Source of the DNA: Octopus vulgaris
Taxonomy: Eukaryota
Assembly: GCA_951406725.2 (NCBI GenBank)
Contig: OX597823.1
Coordinates: 57,102,001-57,166,000 of the forward strand
DNA length: 64,000 nt
Direction: 5' to 3'
A program made the position numbers and the translations under genes. Of this stretch, positions 25,919 to 39,195 are shown piece after piece; the stretch's first letter is position 1, and each line of letters starts with the position of its first letter. The notes beneath the pieces are model-generated. The model was given only the letters and a program-made list of their open reading frames with translations, had not been told where the DNA came from and did no database searches.

Positions 25919-25957
25919 GTCTGTATGTCTATGTATCTGTCTGTCTGTCTGTCTGTC
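25564..25957. repeat. (ATCT)n/(CT)n/(GTCT)n compound microsatellite, 3' flank of the Tx1 LINE
   Basis: Simple repeats seen directly. Confidence 0.95.
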
Positions 25958-25964
25958 TAGATAT

Positions 25965-26099
25965 ATTGCTGGGTGGTAAGAAGTTTCTTTTCTAACCACA
26001 TGGTTAAGTCGTACTGAGTGGCCCCTTGGGCAAGTTTCTTCTAATATGGCATCGGGAAAACTAAGGCTTTGTAAGTGAAAACAAAAAAGTCCTTTGAAC

Positions 26100-26130
<31 letters not shown>

Positions 26131-26398
26131 TGTATGTATGTATGTATGTATGTATGTATATGTGTGTGTGTATGTGTGTGTGTGTGTGTGTATTTGTGCA
26201 TATGATTGTCCCCTAATACGGCTTGACAATCGGTGTCGGTGTGTTTACGTACTTTTAATATAGCGTCTCGACAAAAGAGACAGCTAGAATAAGTTCCAGC
26301 CTTAGAAAAATAAGTTTTGGGGCCGATTCATTCAACTAAAATTGTTCAAGGTGGTGCCCCAGCATGGGCGCAGTCTCATAACTGAAACAAGTAAAATA
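25965..26398 (+). mobile_element. SINE family B with central microsatellite
   Basis: GGTAAGAAG...AACCACATGG...CTTGGGCAAGT head; GGTGGTGCCCCAGCATGG...CTGAAACAAGTAAAA tail. Confidence 0.8.
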
Positions 26399-26409
26399 TA
26401 TCAGACATA

Positions 26410-29018
26410 CAGGGGTTGGACAAAATAATGGAAACGCCTAGAATCATAGCATCATAATTTTGAAATATCTATAAATCAGTTAAAAGTTTGTTTATCTTAA
26501 AGTTTTCTTTTTTAATAGTGTTGCTTAATATGTTTTGATAAAATTGCTGTTTCTTTTCAGATATCATTAGAAAAAAGTAATTAAAATTCAATAAAGTAAC
26601 AGATCTATCAGACTTTCAAAGAGGTCAAATTGTTGGTGCTCGTATGGCAGGTACTAGCGTAACGAAAGCAGACGAAATTTTTGGTGTATCAAGAAGTACT
26701 GTCTCAAAAATATTGATAACCTTTGAGAAAGAGGGGAAAAATCTGTCGAAACAAAACTCCGGAAGAAAACCAAAACTTCGGATTCTTACACGAATTGTTA
26801 GAATGGAGTACAAAAGTACTGTTCCCAAAAGTTACTTCAGAGCTTCATCATCATCATTGTTCGAACGTGGTCGAGACAATGGAATTTACCATGTTGCGCC
26901 AGACTTCACGGTCCATCATAGCATTACGGAGGTCCTGTTGCTGGATGCCTGTATCCCTGGAGATTACATCAGGGTAGGAGAGTGTGCGCCCTCTGGTGTT
27001 GCGAGTAGATGGCTTCCAGAGGAGAAGAGTAGAAATTACTTCTTTTTCAGCTCTACAACAATGTCCAGCAAACTGGACTCTCCTACCCTTCACAAGAGAT
27101 GACACATGTGGTAATTTCCCATATATTTGCATTTTAGTTGGATGGCGCCTCCACGAGAGATTTTGAGCTCTCATAAGGAGGCGAGTGTAGGTTCCATCCA
27201 ACCGCCTCTCAAGCTTCTTTGATAACGTCCAGGTTTCTGAGCCATATAGTAGGATTGGTTCGACTGTGGCTTTGAATATTTCAAGTTTGAAGTCTCTACT
27301 TAGATTTGATGACCAGATCTTATGCATGTCATTACAGGCTGACCAGGCCATACCCTTTCTAGTTAGAAAGTCTTTTCCAATGTGTGTAGTAGTGGCTCGC
27401 GCACACATTATTAGCCATTTGAAAAGACTATGGAATTTACAATTAACTGCACCAGGGTTCCTCTTCCCCAGGGAACCAGACCTAATGGTATACCTGCGGA
27501 TGTAGGTCCAGCCCCTGCTTTGCCGGGTCCTGTCTCTGATCATGTTGCACCTCCAAGGGCATCCATTGACGGTGATGCCCTCAATCTTAACAGACGGGTA
27601 TCACCTGATGGAGAAGAGTCAGCCCCCAACCAAACAACACCAAACAAACACCTCATCAGCTGTAAAAATCATACGATACTCAGCACCCTCAATGCCCGCA
27701 CCCTCGGCTCTCTTGGCCGTCTAGAAGAACTTGGTGCAAATGCAGAATCACATGGCATTGATATAATAGCTGTCCAAGAACACCGATTTTACCACCCTGA
27801 CAACATCCTCAAATACCATCAAGTCGGTTCTTATCAACTTGTAACCTCCTCAGCATCAAAGAATACTGTTAATTCAACAGTTGGAGGTATCGGATTTTCT
27901 ACTTTCATCAAAGGCTAGTGATACTCTCTTGAGTATAGAGTCAATCTCACCTAGAATTATGGTGCTTGAGATAGATGGAAACCCAAAAACAACATTGGTA
28001 TGTGTGTATAGCCCACATAATTCGTCTGTGGCAGACGAAATTGAAAATTTCTATACAACCCTTCGTTCAACCATTGAGCAAATACCTCTCCATAATTTTC
28101 TGGTTATAGCTGGTGATCTGAATGCTAGACTAGGACCCGATGAGACCAAGTTTACTTTCAACTCTAAAACCAATCGGAACGGAGAAATGCTCAAATACTT
28201 CTTGGAGGAATTTAATCTCTACACCTCCAACAATTCAGAGCTTAATGACCACCTCGAGAACCCAGTTTCCACAAAAACTGTTCACCGGGAGCTGCACAAA
28301 GCCGGATTTCACGGGAGAGCTACAATCAGAAAACCATTACTTTCAAACACAAACGTTTGCAAAGCGTTTAGAATGGAGTAGAAACCTACAGAATTGGTCC
28401 CTAGAGCAGTGGAAGAAAGTTATTTTCTCGGACGAGTCAGCCTTTACCTTATTTCCGACCACCGGTTAAGTATACACATGGAGACAGCCAAAAGAAGCAT
28501 TTGACCCAGACTGCCTTCTTCCAGCTGTTAAACATGGAGGAGGATCTGTGATGATCTGAGGGTTATATCTTGGAAATCCACCGGCTCGATGGTTTAAATA
28601 GTCAAGACTGTTTAAACATTCTATCTGATCAAATTCATCCTATGTTTACGGGAACTGTCTCCGGATAGAAACGCAATTTTTCAGGATGATAATGCACCAA
28701 TTCACACTGCTAAAATTGTTACTGAATGGCACGAAAAACATTGTAGTGAAGTGGAACATCTTATCTGGCCACCATCGTCCCCAGATCACAATATTACTGA
28801 ACATTTATGGTGCATTTTAGAAAAATCCTCCACTACAAGAACTGGAGACTGTTTTAGCTGAAGAATGGTCAAAACTTCCTTTGGAAACAATTCAAACTTC
28901 TATGAGTCCATACCTCATAGAATTCAAGCAGTAATTACAGCCAAAGGTGGTCCTACACCATATCGAAATATATTTGTTTGAAATTTTAAGGTTTTTCCAT
29001 TATTTTGTCCAACCCCTG
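26410..29018 (+). mobile_element. Tc1-family DNA transposon with DD36E spacing, interrupted by an RTE insertion
   Basis: Perfect 25-bp TIRs CAGGGGTTGGACAAAATAATGGAAA with TA TSDs; DLSDFQRGQIVGAR, GRKPKL, VIFSDES, VKHGGGSVM, FQDDNAPIH...WPPSSPDHNITE. Confidence 0.95.
26846..28233 (-). mobile_element. RTE-group LINE insertion with inverted 5' segment and no RT domain
   Basis: TSD TTCAGAGCTT (26836-26845, 28234-28243); minus-strand C-terminus LLYGSETWTL...FAGHCCR with (TGA)n tail; plus-strand ORF start and APE domain (TLNART, AVQEHR, VYSP, AGDLNARLG). Confidence 0.92.
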
Positions 29019-29189
29019 TAAATATATAGTTTCCATTTCATTTATAGATTGTAATACAAGATTAAATGTATATATATATATGTGTTGTGTGTGTGTGTGT
29101 GTGTATACGTGTGTGTATGTGTATGTACGTGTGTGTATGTGTGTGGGTGTGTAACTGTGTGTGTGTGAATGCGCATGACTGGATGCATG

Positions 29190-29790
29190 TAACTTTCATT
29201 TTTGGACAATCAGCTATTGAAGGAAAATGATAATGTTATAAGAGATCTCTAATGTAAGGACACAGACACATACCTTTGGCTTAGATTAAAGATCGTGCCA
29301 CCCTTTCTATACTAATAAGAACATCCCATTTAATGTAGCAAAACATACATGTTCAAGAATTACTGACATAATGAAACGAAATAGACAAATGGTTGAACTA
29401 CAAATAGTTCATCAGGAAATATATCCGCATAAATCAGTAAATTTTACTATAATCAATGCAAAAGTTATGTGAATTTCTGTCCTGTGTCGCTACCCTCAAA
29501 GTGAAGGTGAAGACAAACACAAGAACATAATTATACCATTTGTAGTTTCCCATAATCCTCGAAATGATAGTATGCTACAATTGGCAAAGTGATAATTTTC
29601 AATCTTACACCAATCATTAAATCTCAGAAAAGTAATTAAAGAAACACAAATTATCGACGACTGACGAGAACTATAAAATTTTAAATGACACTTAACAAAG
29701 GTGAAATTCTTACTAGAAGAAGAAGAAATAATGTACATTACGAAATGCGGAGAACTAAATTCTTGCACATGTGAAATAAATGAACTAGGC
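29190..29790 (+). mobile_element. Decayed Penelope-like element ORF (RT thumb to GIY-YIG linker)
   Basis: FLD...KDTDT.., SCHPFYTNKNIPFNVA, YP, IPFVVSHNPRN, LTKVKF, TKCG...CTC. Confidence 0.75.
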
Positions 29791-31343
29791 AAAACCGGAA
29801 TGATTCAAGAATGGGAAGGAATTGAAAATTGAAGTTCTAGCCAAAACAAATTTTATAATAAATTGGACTCTAATGTTATTGTTGAGCCTGCTCTTCAGAA
29901 GGGTTCTTCTGTTAATCTTGAACACACACACACACGCGCGCGCGCGCGCGCACACACACATATTCGAACATAAGTACATACACGCACGCGATTAAAATTA
30001 ACAGTTGACAACTTCATGAAGTGGCAGTCAATATTGAGATTAGATTCAAATTTATTGTAAAATTAAATTTTGACATGGACATTTTGAAGCAGCCCAGCAA
30101 AATTTAAAGTCAAAGTCAGAATGAATATTTTAAACACACCTAAACACACACACACACACACAAACACACACAAACAACACACACACACACACACATACAC
30201 ATTTGTGTGTGTTAAGATTTTGTAGAACGACCAAGATACATAGAACACACACACACATATATATAAACATGTATAATTTTTTGTCAGCAGAAGGAAGAGC
30301 GGTAACTCAACGGCCTTTTTCTTGAACTTTATTGTTGCGTGTCACGCACGAAACTCTCGGCCCTTGATTCACTTAGTTAATCTATAAACTGTTCATTAAC
30401 CAGTCGTTTAAGATTTAATTATGATGGCAATTATTATGGTGATGATGATAATGATTATGACGACTACGACGACGACGACGATCTTGACCATGAGTATGAT
30501 GAAGAGGATTCAAATTTTCCGCATGACTTACGATATGCCCATCTAGTTTCTTTAGACACGTGTAATATGCTGTTCACGTTCTAATTCTGATGTCATCTTC
30601 GAACTAATTTTCAAGGCTAATATCAAATAAAAATTTTATCTTATTTAACCGTTCATGTCATAACTCGTCAGGGAGCAGCTACACATGTGTTACTTTCACG
30701 AACTCAAGAAACTGAACGAAAAGGTCTGCCGCTACAAACCCTGTTATCATATGTAAAGAAACATCTTCGACTCACAGATCTATAAAAGTTATATAAACAA
30801 AGAGTTGCGATGATTAAACATGAACGAACTATAAACAAGTCATGTTTTATTATTATTATTATTATTAAATACAAAAAATAGTTTTTAAAAAAAATGACAA
30901 AAGCGCCTAGAACTTGCTAACAATTGAAATTACACTAGCGAGGTCGCTAAAAACATGTTCTGTTATTCCAAAATTATGACAATTCTATAAACGGTTCTTT
31001 TCTTTTTCTTTCTGTCTTCATTCACGTTAAATAGATGATTATTTATATCAACAATTGTACCAGAATGTCTATCGTTTTCTAAAGATTGCGAACCAGAGAG
31101 ACAAAAAAAAAAAAGAAAAGACAAAAAAATACAGACAAAAAAAAAGGTAGAATTCATTCTAAGTATAGCAGAGCTTTCCTTGGTAGTCAATTACTCATGA
31201 ACAAATATATTATTGCCACTTAATTTCATATCAACTTTAAATGTAAAAATGGCCGTATTGACGCTATTGTCTGTACGTACTTTGTGCTTTGTAGAAAATG
31301 ACGGTCGAATCAGTCGTATTGTATATGTATGAATAATTATATA

Positions 31344-31417
<74 letters not shown>

Positions 31418-31674
31418 CATATATATGTGTGTGTGTTTGTTAAATATATGTGTCTATGAATAAAATTTATAAGATAGAAAAGATGTATAAATATATTTTA
31501 TAATGGTATTATACACATACACGCATACACACAGACACACACTCACTCATAGGCACACAACACACCCTCACACACACACACACACACGTACACAGATATA
31601 AAAGCATGTGTATATGTATACATATGTAGATGTATTCAGCTATATACTCATTATAAATATATCTGAATGTGTGC

Positions 31675-31721
<47 letters not shown>

Positions 31722-31803
31722 AATATACACATTTATATGTGTGATTGTATACGTCTATGTGTGTATCGTGTCATGTCTCGGTCAGTGCTTGTGCACATAT
31801 ATA

Positions 31804-31865
<62 letters not shown>

Positions 31866-32769
31866 CCTCTGTGTGTGTGCCTGTGTGTGTGTGTGTGTGT
31901 GTGTGTGTATACATACATAGGGACACACAACACACACACGCACATATATATGTTTTCAGGAGATATATAAAGATACGTCTTCGTTCTCTTAGTCATTTCT
32001 GGTCGAGTTATATCCCAAATACTCATGAACCTCCTCACAACCAGGCTCTGTGTCTTAATGTCCATCTGTCCGTCCACTTAATAGCAAACTTCTAATACAT
32101 ACCTATATCTCCGAACGCATATTCTAACCCCAAGAAGGAACACGATGAGGCCATGCTACTCGTTTTGTTAAAACAGATATTATGCCTCAGTGATATGTAA
32201 TCCCATTACTTAGTTCAAACTACTCATATCAATAGGTGCTATCTATTATTTGACTAACTGAGAAAATAATTTTAGTTTAAATTTCGCTGATGAAGCAAGT
32301 GCGTACCGAAATATCTTGATATCTCGAGAGATAAAAGTAACGAATAACCTCGGAAATGTCAATTGTATAGCGACGCTTCACCGACTACTAGCATGAAATC
32401 TTGCAAGCACAATCTACCAGTTACCTTTTGATTGCTACAGCATACTAAATGATGATGGTGATGATGATGATGATGATGATGATGATTATGATCATGATGA
32501 TGATGATGTTGATGATGATCTTATTATATGTGAGTGACTATACCCGTATGTATATATTGCCATAAATATTTCTCTAAAGTTCACTTAGTTCGTATTCGTA
32601 ATTAATGTACATATGTATAGCTATGTGGTATGAAGCTTGCTTCCCAATCACATGGTTCCGGCTTCAGTCCCACTGCGTGGCACCTTGGGCAAGTGTCTTT
32701 TACTATAGCGTCGGGCTGACCAAAGCCTTGTGAGTGGATTTGGTAGGCAGGAACTGAAAGAAGCCCATC

Positions 32770-32816
<47 letters not shown>

Positions 32817-32824
32817 TATATATA

Positions 32825-33115
32825 GCGAGGTCATTCAACCCTATTATCTCCCCTAATTTTGCTCTTGCGTCTCACGTTTGATCTTTGACTTCTGGCCGAA
32901 ATCAGATCGCCATGTTGATTCGCTAGCCTCTGCACGCATATTTTTTTTCTCTCCTTCTTTCTGTGTTTTTTCTCTGTGTATCTTTCTGTTGAAGAGCGTA
33001 GGCTCGAAACGTTAAAGACTTGTTTTATTTATATTTCCTGAGCGCCATACTAATACGATTGTTTGTTTGTATTCCACCTGCCTTCGTCTTTTGTCTATTT
33101 TCATGAAGCTTCCCG

Positions 33116-33118
<3 letters not shown>
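32825..33118 (+). mobile_element. Penelope-like terminal repeat fragment in (AT)n
   Basis: Contains a hammerhead-like motif; its 3' end matches 16487-16550 in reverse; (AT)n on both sides. Confidence 0.65.
32981..33019 (+). ncRNA. Minimal type I hammerhead-like motif with a core substitution
   Basis: TCTTT-CTGTTGA(A)-GAGC gtag GCTC-GAAA-CGTT-AAAGA; stem I TCTTT/AAAGA; palindromic AACGTT stem III. Confidence 0.55.
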
Positions 33119-33165
<47 letters not shown>

Positions 33166-33769
33166 ATGTGTGTGTGTGAATGTTTGTCCACCCACCATCG
33201 GTTTTTTGCGTGTATTTATGTATGCATGCGCATACTTGTGGTTTATTTGATTTCTTGTGCTTGTTGATGTTAACTTGAATAATATACTCGGAGGCATTGA
33301 TAAGCTATGAATGAGAAAATAAATTAAGTCCGTGTCTATGCTGAAAACTGTAGACCTAATACTTCTGCAGGAGAAGCAACAGTAAGCACAGCAACAGTTT
33401 CAACAAATAACGAGAGTAACAACAGTGAAAGTATCTGCAGAGTACTTCCACTTACTAGGAATAGCAGCTGTATCTCTCTCAAACTATACCTTACATTCTT
33501 CCTCGTCTTATCAAATAAAAATTGATTTGTGATATAGAAGTAGCTTGAAAATGCAAACAGTGTGGTTAAGACTGGAAAGACATTTGATCAATATAGTTTT
33601 GTTTTTATCTACGAGGACCAACTCTCAGCCACACAATAACAACAACAGTGTTAAAGAATGCTCCTCTATATAGTCTATGACATGCATGAAAACATTGGAA
33701 GATCATGACTGCAATAACTTTGAGGTTAGGCATACTCGATAATGGACAACTGTTGACTAAAGAAACATA

Positions 33770-33915
33770 AAATTTTGGCGAGGGAGGCTAATCATTTGTA
33801 TCGACACTAATCCCTATCAAGTACTTATTTTATCAACTCCGAAAGGATGAAAGACAAAGGCGAATTTGAACTCAGAAGATAAAGATGGACAAAATGCAGC
33901 TAATCATACCGCCTT
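33770..33915 (-). mobile_element. Degenerate SINE family A
   Basis: GTACTTATTTTATCAACTCCGAAAGGATGAAAGACAAAG...GAATTTGAACTCAGAA. Confidence 0.7.
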
Positions 33916-33949
33916 CATTCTGGCTATAATGGCACAACACAGTGATTAT

Positions 33950-34340
33950 ATATATATTATATAAAATCCGTTGTGTCTGTATGTGTGTGTGTCTTCTAGG
34001 ATCTCGGGTACCCTCCATCCGATTGCGCTCAAATTTGATATGTAGATACCGACGGTATCAGGGCGTCTATAAGTCTTGAAAAATTACAAAAATTGATTCT
34101 AGATGAGAATGCGATCGATAAAGCCGTGGGAACGTGCATTTGTACATGCAATAAAATCCTTTTTTCCTTGGAATAGAAAAACGTCTATCTTTATTTCTTC
34201 TTTTGCTGTTGTCTCAAATTTAGGTTAAATCAGTGTTTCTCAAAGGGGAGGCCTATGGGACTGTCGGACAAGTTGTTTTGAGAAAATTTGGTTTAAATGT
34301 TTGACAACTCAGCACCGTCCATTGGACGGAGGGCGTTTTG
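33950..34340 (+). mobile_element. Helitron-like 5' region (3' end not located)
   Basis: TATATAAAA...GTGTCTGT...CATCCGATTGCGCTCAAATTTG resembles non-autonomous Helitron 5' ends and the 9530 copy. Confidence 0.45.
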
Positions 34341-34343
34341 CTC

Positions 34344-34403
<60 letters not shown>

Positions 34404-35216
34404 CAGTAATGCAGTGTTGTAAAACAACTCAGTGAAGCACCTCCCCATTTTGTATTGATACGGCACAGCGGTTGAATTGACAGCTCAGATGTGGTGTCCT
34501 TGAAAGGATGTAGCTAAGTGTTGGTTCTAATGATTCAACGCAACGGACAGGTAGATTTAATGAAAGATTTGTGAATTTTGATTGTAATGAAATAGTTTTA
34601 TGAAAATAGTGTAGTTGAAAATGAGATAAAAATTGACTTGGCTTTCCTGAATTACTGAAACGAATAATCCTACATTTTCGAATTTTTGTGGCGTGATGAA
34701 ATGAAACGGCAGGCAGGAAATTGGATCTTTTCAAAATATCTCATGTCTGTTGTACTTCATTACACCTTGTAATACATATTAAACTGTTTTGATCTTATAT
34801 AACACTTGACGTGGGACGGCAAACTTACATTTCTAGTCATGTATTTCTCTTCTAATAAACTTTCCAAAAAATTATCGTATCTTTTGTTTATTTTTCCGAA
34901 TACGTTAAAGTTAAGAAATGTCTAATAAAGAAATGTTTTATTATTAGTTTTAATAAATTTACTTAATGGTTGTTAACGAATGTGTTGAAAATTAAAACCT
35001 ATTTCAAAATAATTCACGCTAAAAACAATTTTATAAAGATAAGCGCAGGCGTGCCTTTGCGTTATAGGCACGGGCGTGGGTTTGTGGTTTAGGCTCAGGT
35101 GTGGTTCCAGTTTTAGTGGTTTCGTGGTACCTCGGGCAAGAGACGTTTACTATAGACTCGGATTCGTCAAAACCTTGTGAGTGGATTTGGAAGAGGGAAA
35201 ATGAAAGAAGCCCATC

Positions 35217-35269
<53 letters not shown>

Positions 35270-35271
<2 letters not shown>

Positions 35272-35420
35272 GGAGTATGGCTCCAAACTTACAGGGAAAA
35301 ATTAGATTTAGGATTAAATCAAATTTCACAGTATAAATATATAAAATATGAATTAGAGATAAAACCACTATTAGGCAACTCAAAGAGTGATAGACATAAA
35401 CCAATACATAAATAACAAAA
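35270..35420 (-). mobile_element. Fragment of the Penelope-like family seen at 39187-39552
   Basis: TCCAAACTTACAGGGAAAAATTAGATTTAGGATTAAATC...TAGAGATAAAACCACTATT matches 39440-39530 in reverse. Confidence 0.75.
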
Positions 35421-35448
35421 AATATAAATATAATTAATATAATATATA

Positions 35449-35500
<52 letters not shown>

Positions 35501-35502
35501 TT

Positions 35503-35706
35503 TGTACTTGTTTCAGTCATTTGACTGCGGCCATGCTGGAGCACCGCCTTTAGAGTGGTGAAAGAGTACAGCAGGGATCACCACCTCCTGCCGGAGCCTC
35601 GTGGAGCTTTTAGGTGTTTTTCGCTCAATAAACACACACAACGCCCGGTCTGGGAATCGAAACCGCGATCCTCCGACCGCAAGTCTGCTGCCCTAACCAC
35701 TAGGCC
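35503..35706 (-). mobile_element. tRNA-headed SINE joined to a family B tail
   Basis: Minus strand GGCCTAGTGGTTAGGG...GGTTTCGATTCCC (A and B boxes), then GGCGGTGCTCCAGCATGGCCGCAGTCAAATGACTGAAACAAG. Confidence 0.75.
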
Positions 35707-35792
35707 TTTTTTTTTTATCCCAAAAGTAGTGTTTTTACTTATTATATTATATTTATCATTCTTTTTATACTTTTTGGATAAAAAAAATTAAA

Positions 35793-35823
<31 letters not shown>

Positions 35824-35841
35824 GTTGATGACATCCTGTAC

Positions 35842-35894
<53 letters not shown>

Positions 35895-36500
35895 TATATG
35901 GGTACAGGACGTCACCACCTGTATAAACAATATGAAGTACGAAAACAAACGCGTTAAATACGCAAACAACGAGAGAAAATGGAAAACAGGGCAAGTAACA
36001 CAAAGAACGACCCTTCATCGGTTGTCGGCTGTCTATCTACTCCTCATTTTGAGCATTCTACGTCATTATGAGTCTTCGAAAACCAGTTGTTCCCATAAAT
36101 TTGGATTTATGTAGGGTCAAAATTGGGAACATAAACAGGATTGTGGAGACATACAGGGAAACCAAACAAAAATATACATGTAGGGTCGTTTGACCAGAAC
36201 GAGAGGAAGATAGTGAGCGCTGGGAGAAATATTTTCTTTGAAAAGAAAAAAGATAAAAGAGAGAGCTAGAAGACGTCCCGGTCTCATAACGTCGTGCAGG
36301 AAAAGAAAGATGGACGATAGTAACGTGTGAGCAACGAAAGAGAAAAAGAGAAAGAGGTAGTGAGAGAGAGATAGAGAGCGATAGAAAACGGTGAAGGGGA
36401 GAAAAAAGAATTAGGGAAGGATGGAAGGAAAACAGTTTAGAGTAGAGTCGCATTAAAAAGGTTAAGATAAACATACTTGGAAATGGATGCGTGGTGTACA
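35824..36500 (-). mobile_element. (TA)n-associated element with a short inverted terminal copy
   Basis: 21-bp inverted repeat (35824-35844 / 35899-35919) around (AT)n; homology to 16560-16750. Confidence 0.6.
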
Positions 36501-36800
36501 ATTAAATAATAATATAAATAATATATATAATATGATATAAGAAACGCGAAAACTAATTCCTGTGTGTCAGTGTGTCACACGTTAATCCCCTCTCTCACTA
36601 TTCAATGACACTTTCTCCTGCGAGTCTGAGAGTAATAGTAGGTATAGAAACGGTGAAGGTAGTGGCGAAGAGAGAGAGTGAGGGTGAGAAACGGAGAGAA
36701 AGTGGGAGAGAGAGGGAGAAAAGGAAAGACAAAGAAATTTAGGGAGAGTTCATGATGTTTTATTTAAAGTAGTAGTGTTAATGGTGGCACTGGGAGTAAT

Positions 36801-37011
<211 letters not shown>

Positions 37012-37330
37012 AAATGAGAGATAGAGGGAGTACAATTTTCTTGGACAGAAATTCCCATGGGCAGCACACTAAAACAACTACTGGACACTTGTCCATTTTT
37101 GTTTTATCTTTTGCTTTCTTTAATATATACTGGTGTCGATTTGTTCGGCTAAACCTTTCGAGACAGTACCCCAACATGGCCGCGCTCTTACAACTGAAAC
37201 AAATAAAAGGTGATTAAACTAGTATTTGCAATATAAACTAACATGGTATTTTGATGGAAGGTTTTAGCGTAGATATTTGAAACAAGGCAGCGGTCTCAGA
37301 AGTGTTGAAGAAGTCATAGGTAGTCTGCAC

Positions 37331-37662
37331 TAATGGTTCTCAACCGAGGTCCATGTAAAATTTTGTGGGGCTCTGCATCCAAAATAGTAAATTGGGGATC
37401 CACGATAGTATTTTAAGGTTAGGTCCCTGAAAAAATTTCGCTTTAGATATATTTATTACAGGAAACAGCTAAGTTTCTTTCTCTAACGTCTTACGTATTT
37501 TAACTTACACAAGTTCATGTGTGAAAAAATGAAGGAATTTTGGAAGAAGTACCAATACAATTTGTTTAAAAAAACATCTAATGGCTGTAGGGGTACACAA
37601 GAATAGAATAAAAATCAAAGGGATCTTAGATAAAAAAAAATGAAAATGGTTGAGAACCACTG
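37331..37662. mobile_element. Old hAT-type MITE
   Basis: TAATGGTTCTCAACC / GGTTGAGAACCACTG termini; decayed 8-bp TSD GTCTGCAC / CTCTATAC. Confidence 0.75.
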
Positions 37663-38055
37663 CTCTATACCTTTGCCAAAAAGACAAAAAGAAAAGCAAA
37701 AAGTAAAAATGGGGACAGAAAAAACATTGGATAATTAAGCCTTTGAACATCATTGATCATATTGCCATTCAATTAGGGCTAACCTGGCACTAACAAACAA
37801 CAATAATGACTATAACCACACATGTGTGTTTTCGAGGTTGCTTGATAGCATTTAACGACTTCGATATTCTCTTTGATCATGTTATACTAATCTCATTCAC
37901 TTTCCTTTCCCTTATTTTTTTTCTGGTGGGGATTTATACGCTGTGCCCCCATAATACGACGATTTCTATTATTTTGTAAATAGTGCTAAAAGAGGATTTC
38001 TATGATGTCCTTTTGTGCACGATATTGATGGCGAGGTAGAAAAATTAACCATCAC

Positions 38056-38101
<46 letters not shown>

Positions 38102-38102
38102 C

Positions 38103-38165
<63 letters not shown>

Positions 38166-39137
38166 ATAAACACCCAAAAAACTAATGGTCTGTAATTTCG
38201 AAGAACTTAAGCGGCTAACAGATCTTTTGATATTGCAATTTGGTATTGTTAATAAGAAACATAATTATTAGAATTAAGTGACCTGATAATGCAGAAATGT
38301 AAAGAACAAGTAATAAAATATAATAATAAATTGAAACGTAGGAATGGACTAACAAATGAATGCACTCGCAAAAAAAAAAAAAAAATTATAGGAAGATAAT
38401 AAAAATAAAAGTAAACAAATGAATGAAATCTTGAAATCAAGAATTTATGAACTTCAAGAGAACGTGAAACAATTCCTTTTCTTTTACCCAATGATTACAT
38501 GCTAGTATTTATAGCTTTATTTGCTTCGAGTTAAGCCATTACAGTATATGTGTGTGTATGAGTAAATATATATGCACATATATATGTATATAGATATTAT
38601 ATATATATATATATGTATATAAATATATATTCATATGTGCGTGTATATGCATGTATGTATGTACATATATACATACATACATACACACACACACTACACT
38701 CTCAGAGAGAAGGGTGAGAGAGAAATAGGAAGAAAGAGATAGCGGAAGATTGATGAGCATTTTGGTGACAAGAAGACGTTTACTCCCCTTGTAAGAGATT
38801 TCCTCTCCCTTCACCATCGAGGATCGAAGTAAAAGCTACATTCGATAGAACATAAATGATTTCGCATGCGTTACCATTAGCATTAAAAAATCCTAACAGA
38901 ATCAACAATGTTTCTCGGCTGATGCTCAAAAAATTCCACCTATTTCACCGTACTGTACGGTATTTTATTTATAGGCTTCGAAAAGTGGCCGTGTGGTAAG
39001 ACGCTTGCTTTCCAACCGCATCATTCCGGATTCAGTCCCACTGCGTAACAACTTGATTTGTTGGACGAAAACTGAAAGAACACCTCCCCACACATACATA
39101 CATACATACATACATACATACATACATACATACATAC

Positions 39138-39186
<49 letters not shown>

Positions 39187-39195
<9 letters not shown>

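Larger units (their letters stand above)
32615..33250 (+). mobile_element. SINE family B (head and partial body) with nested insertion
   Basis: GGTTCCGGCTTCAGTCCCACTGCGTGGCACCTTGGGCAAGTG...AAGAAGCCCATCG followed by (AT)n. Confidence 0.85.

Noticed and set aside
26644-27102. 152-aa ORF and the 27881-28381 ORF as novel fusion proteins
   Set aside because: Chance read-through across the Tc1/RTE insertion junctions.
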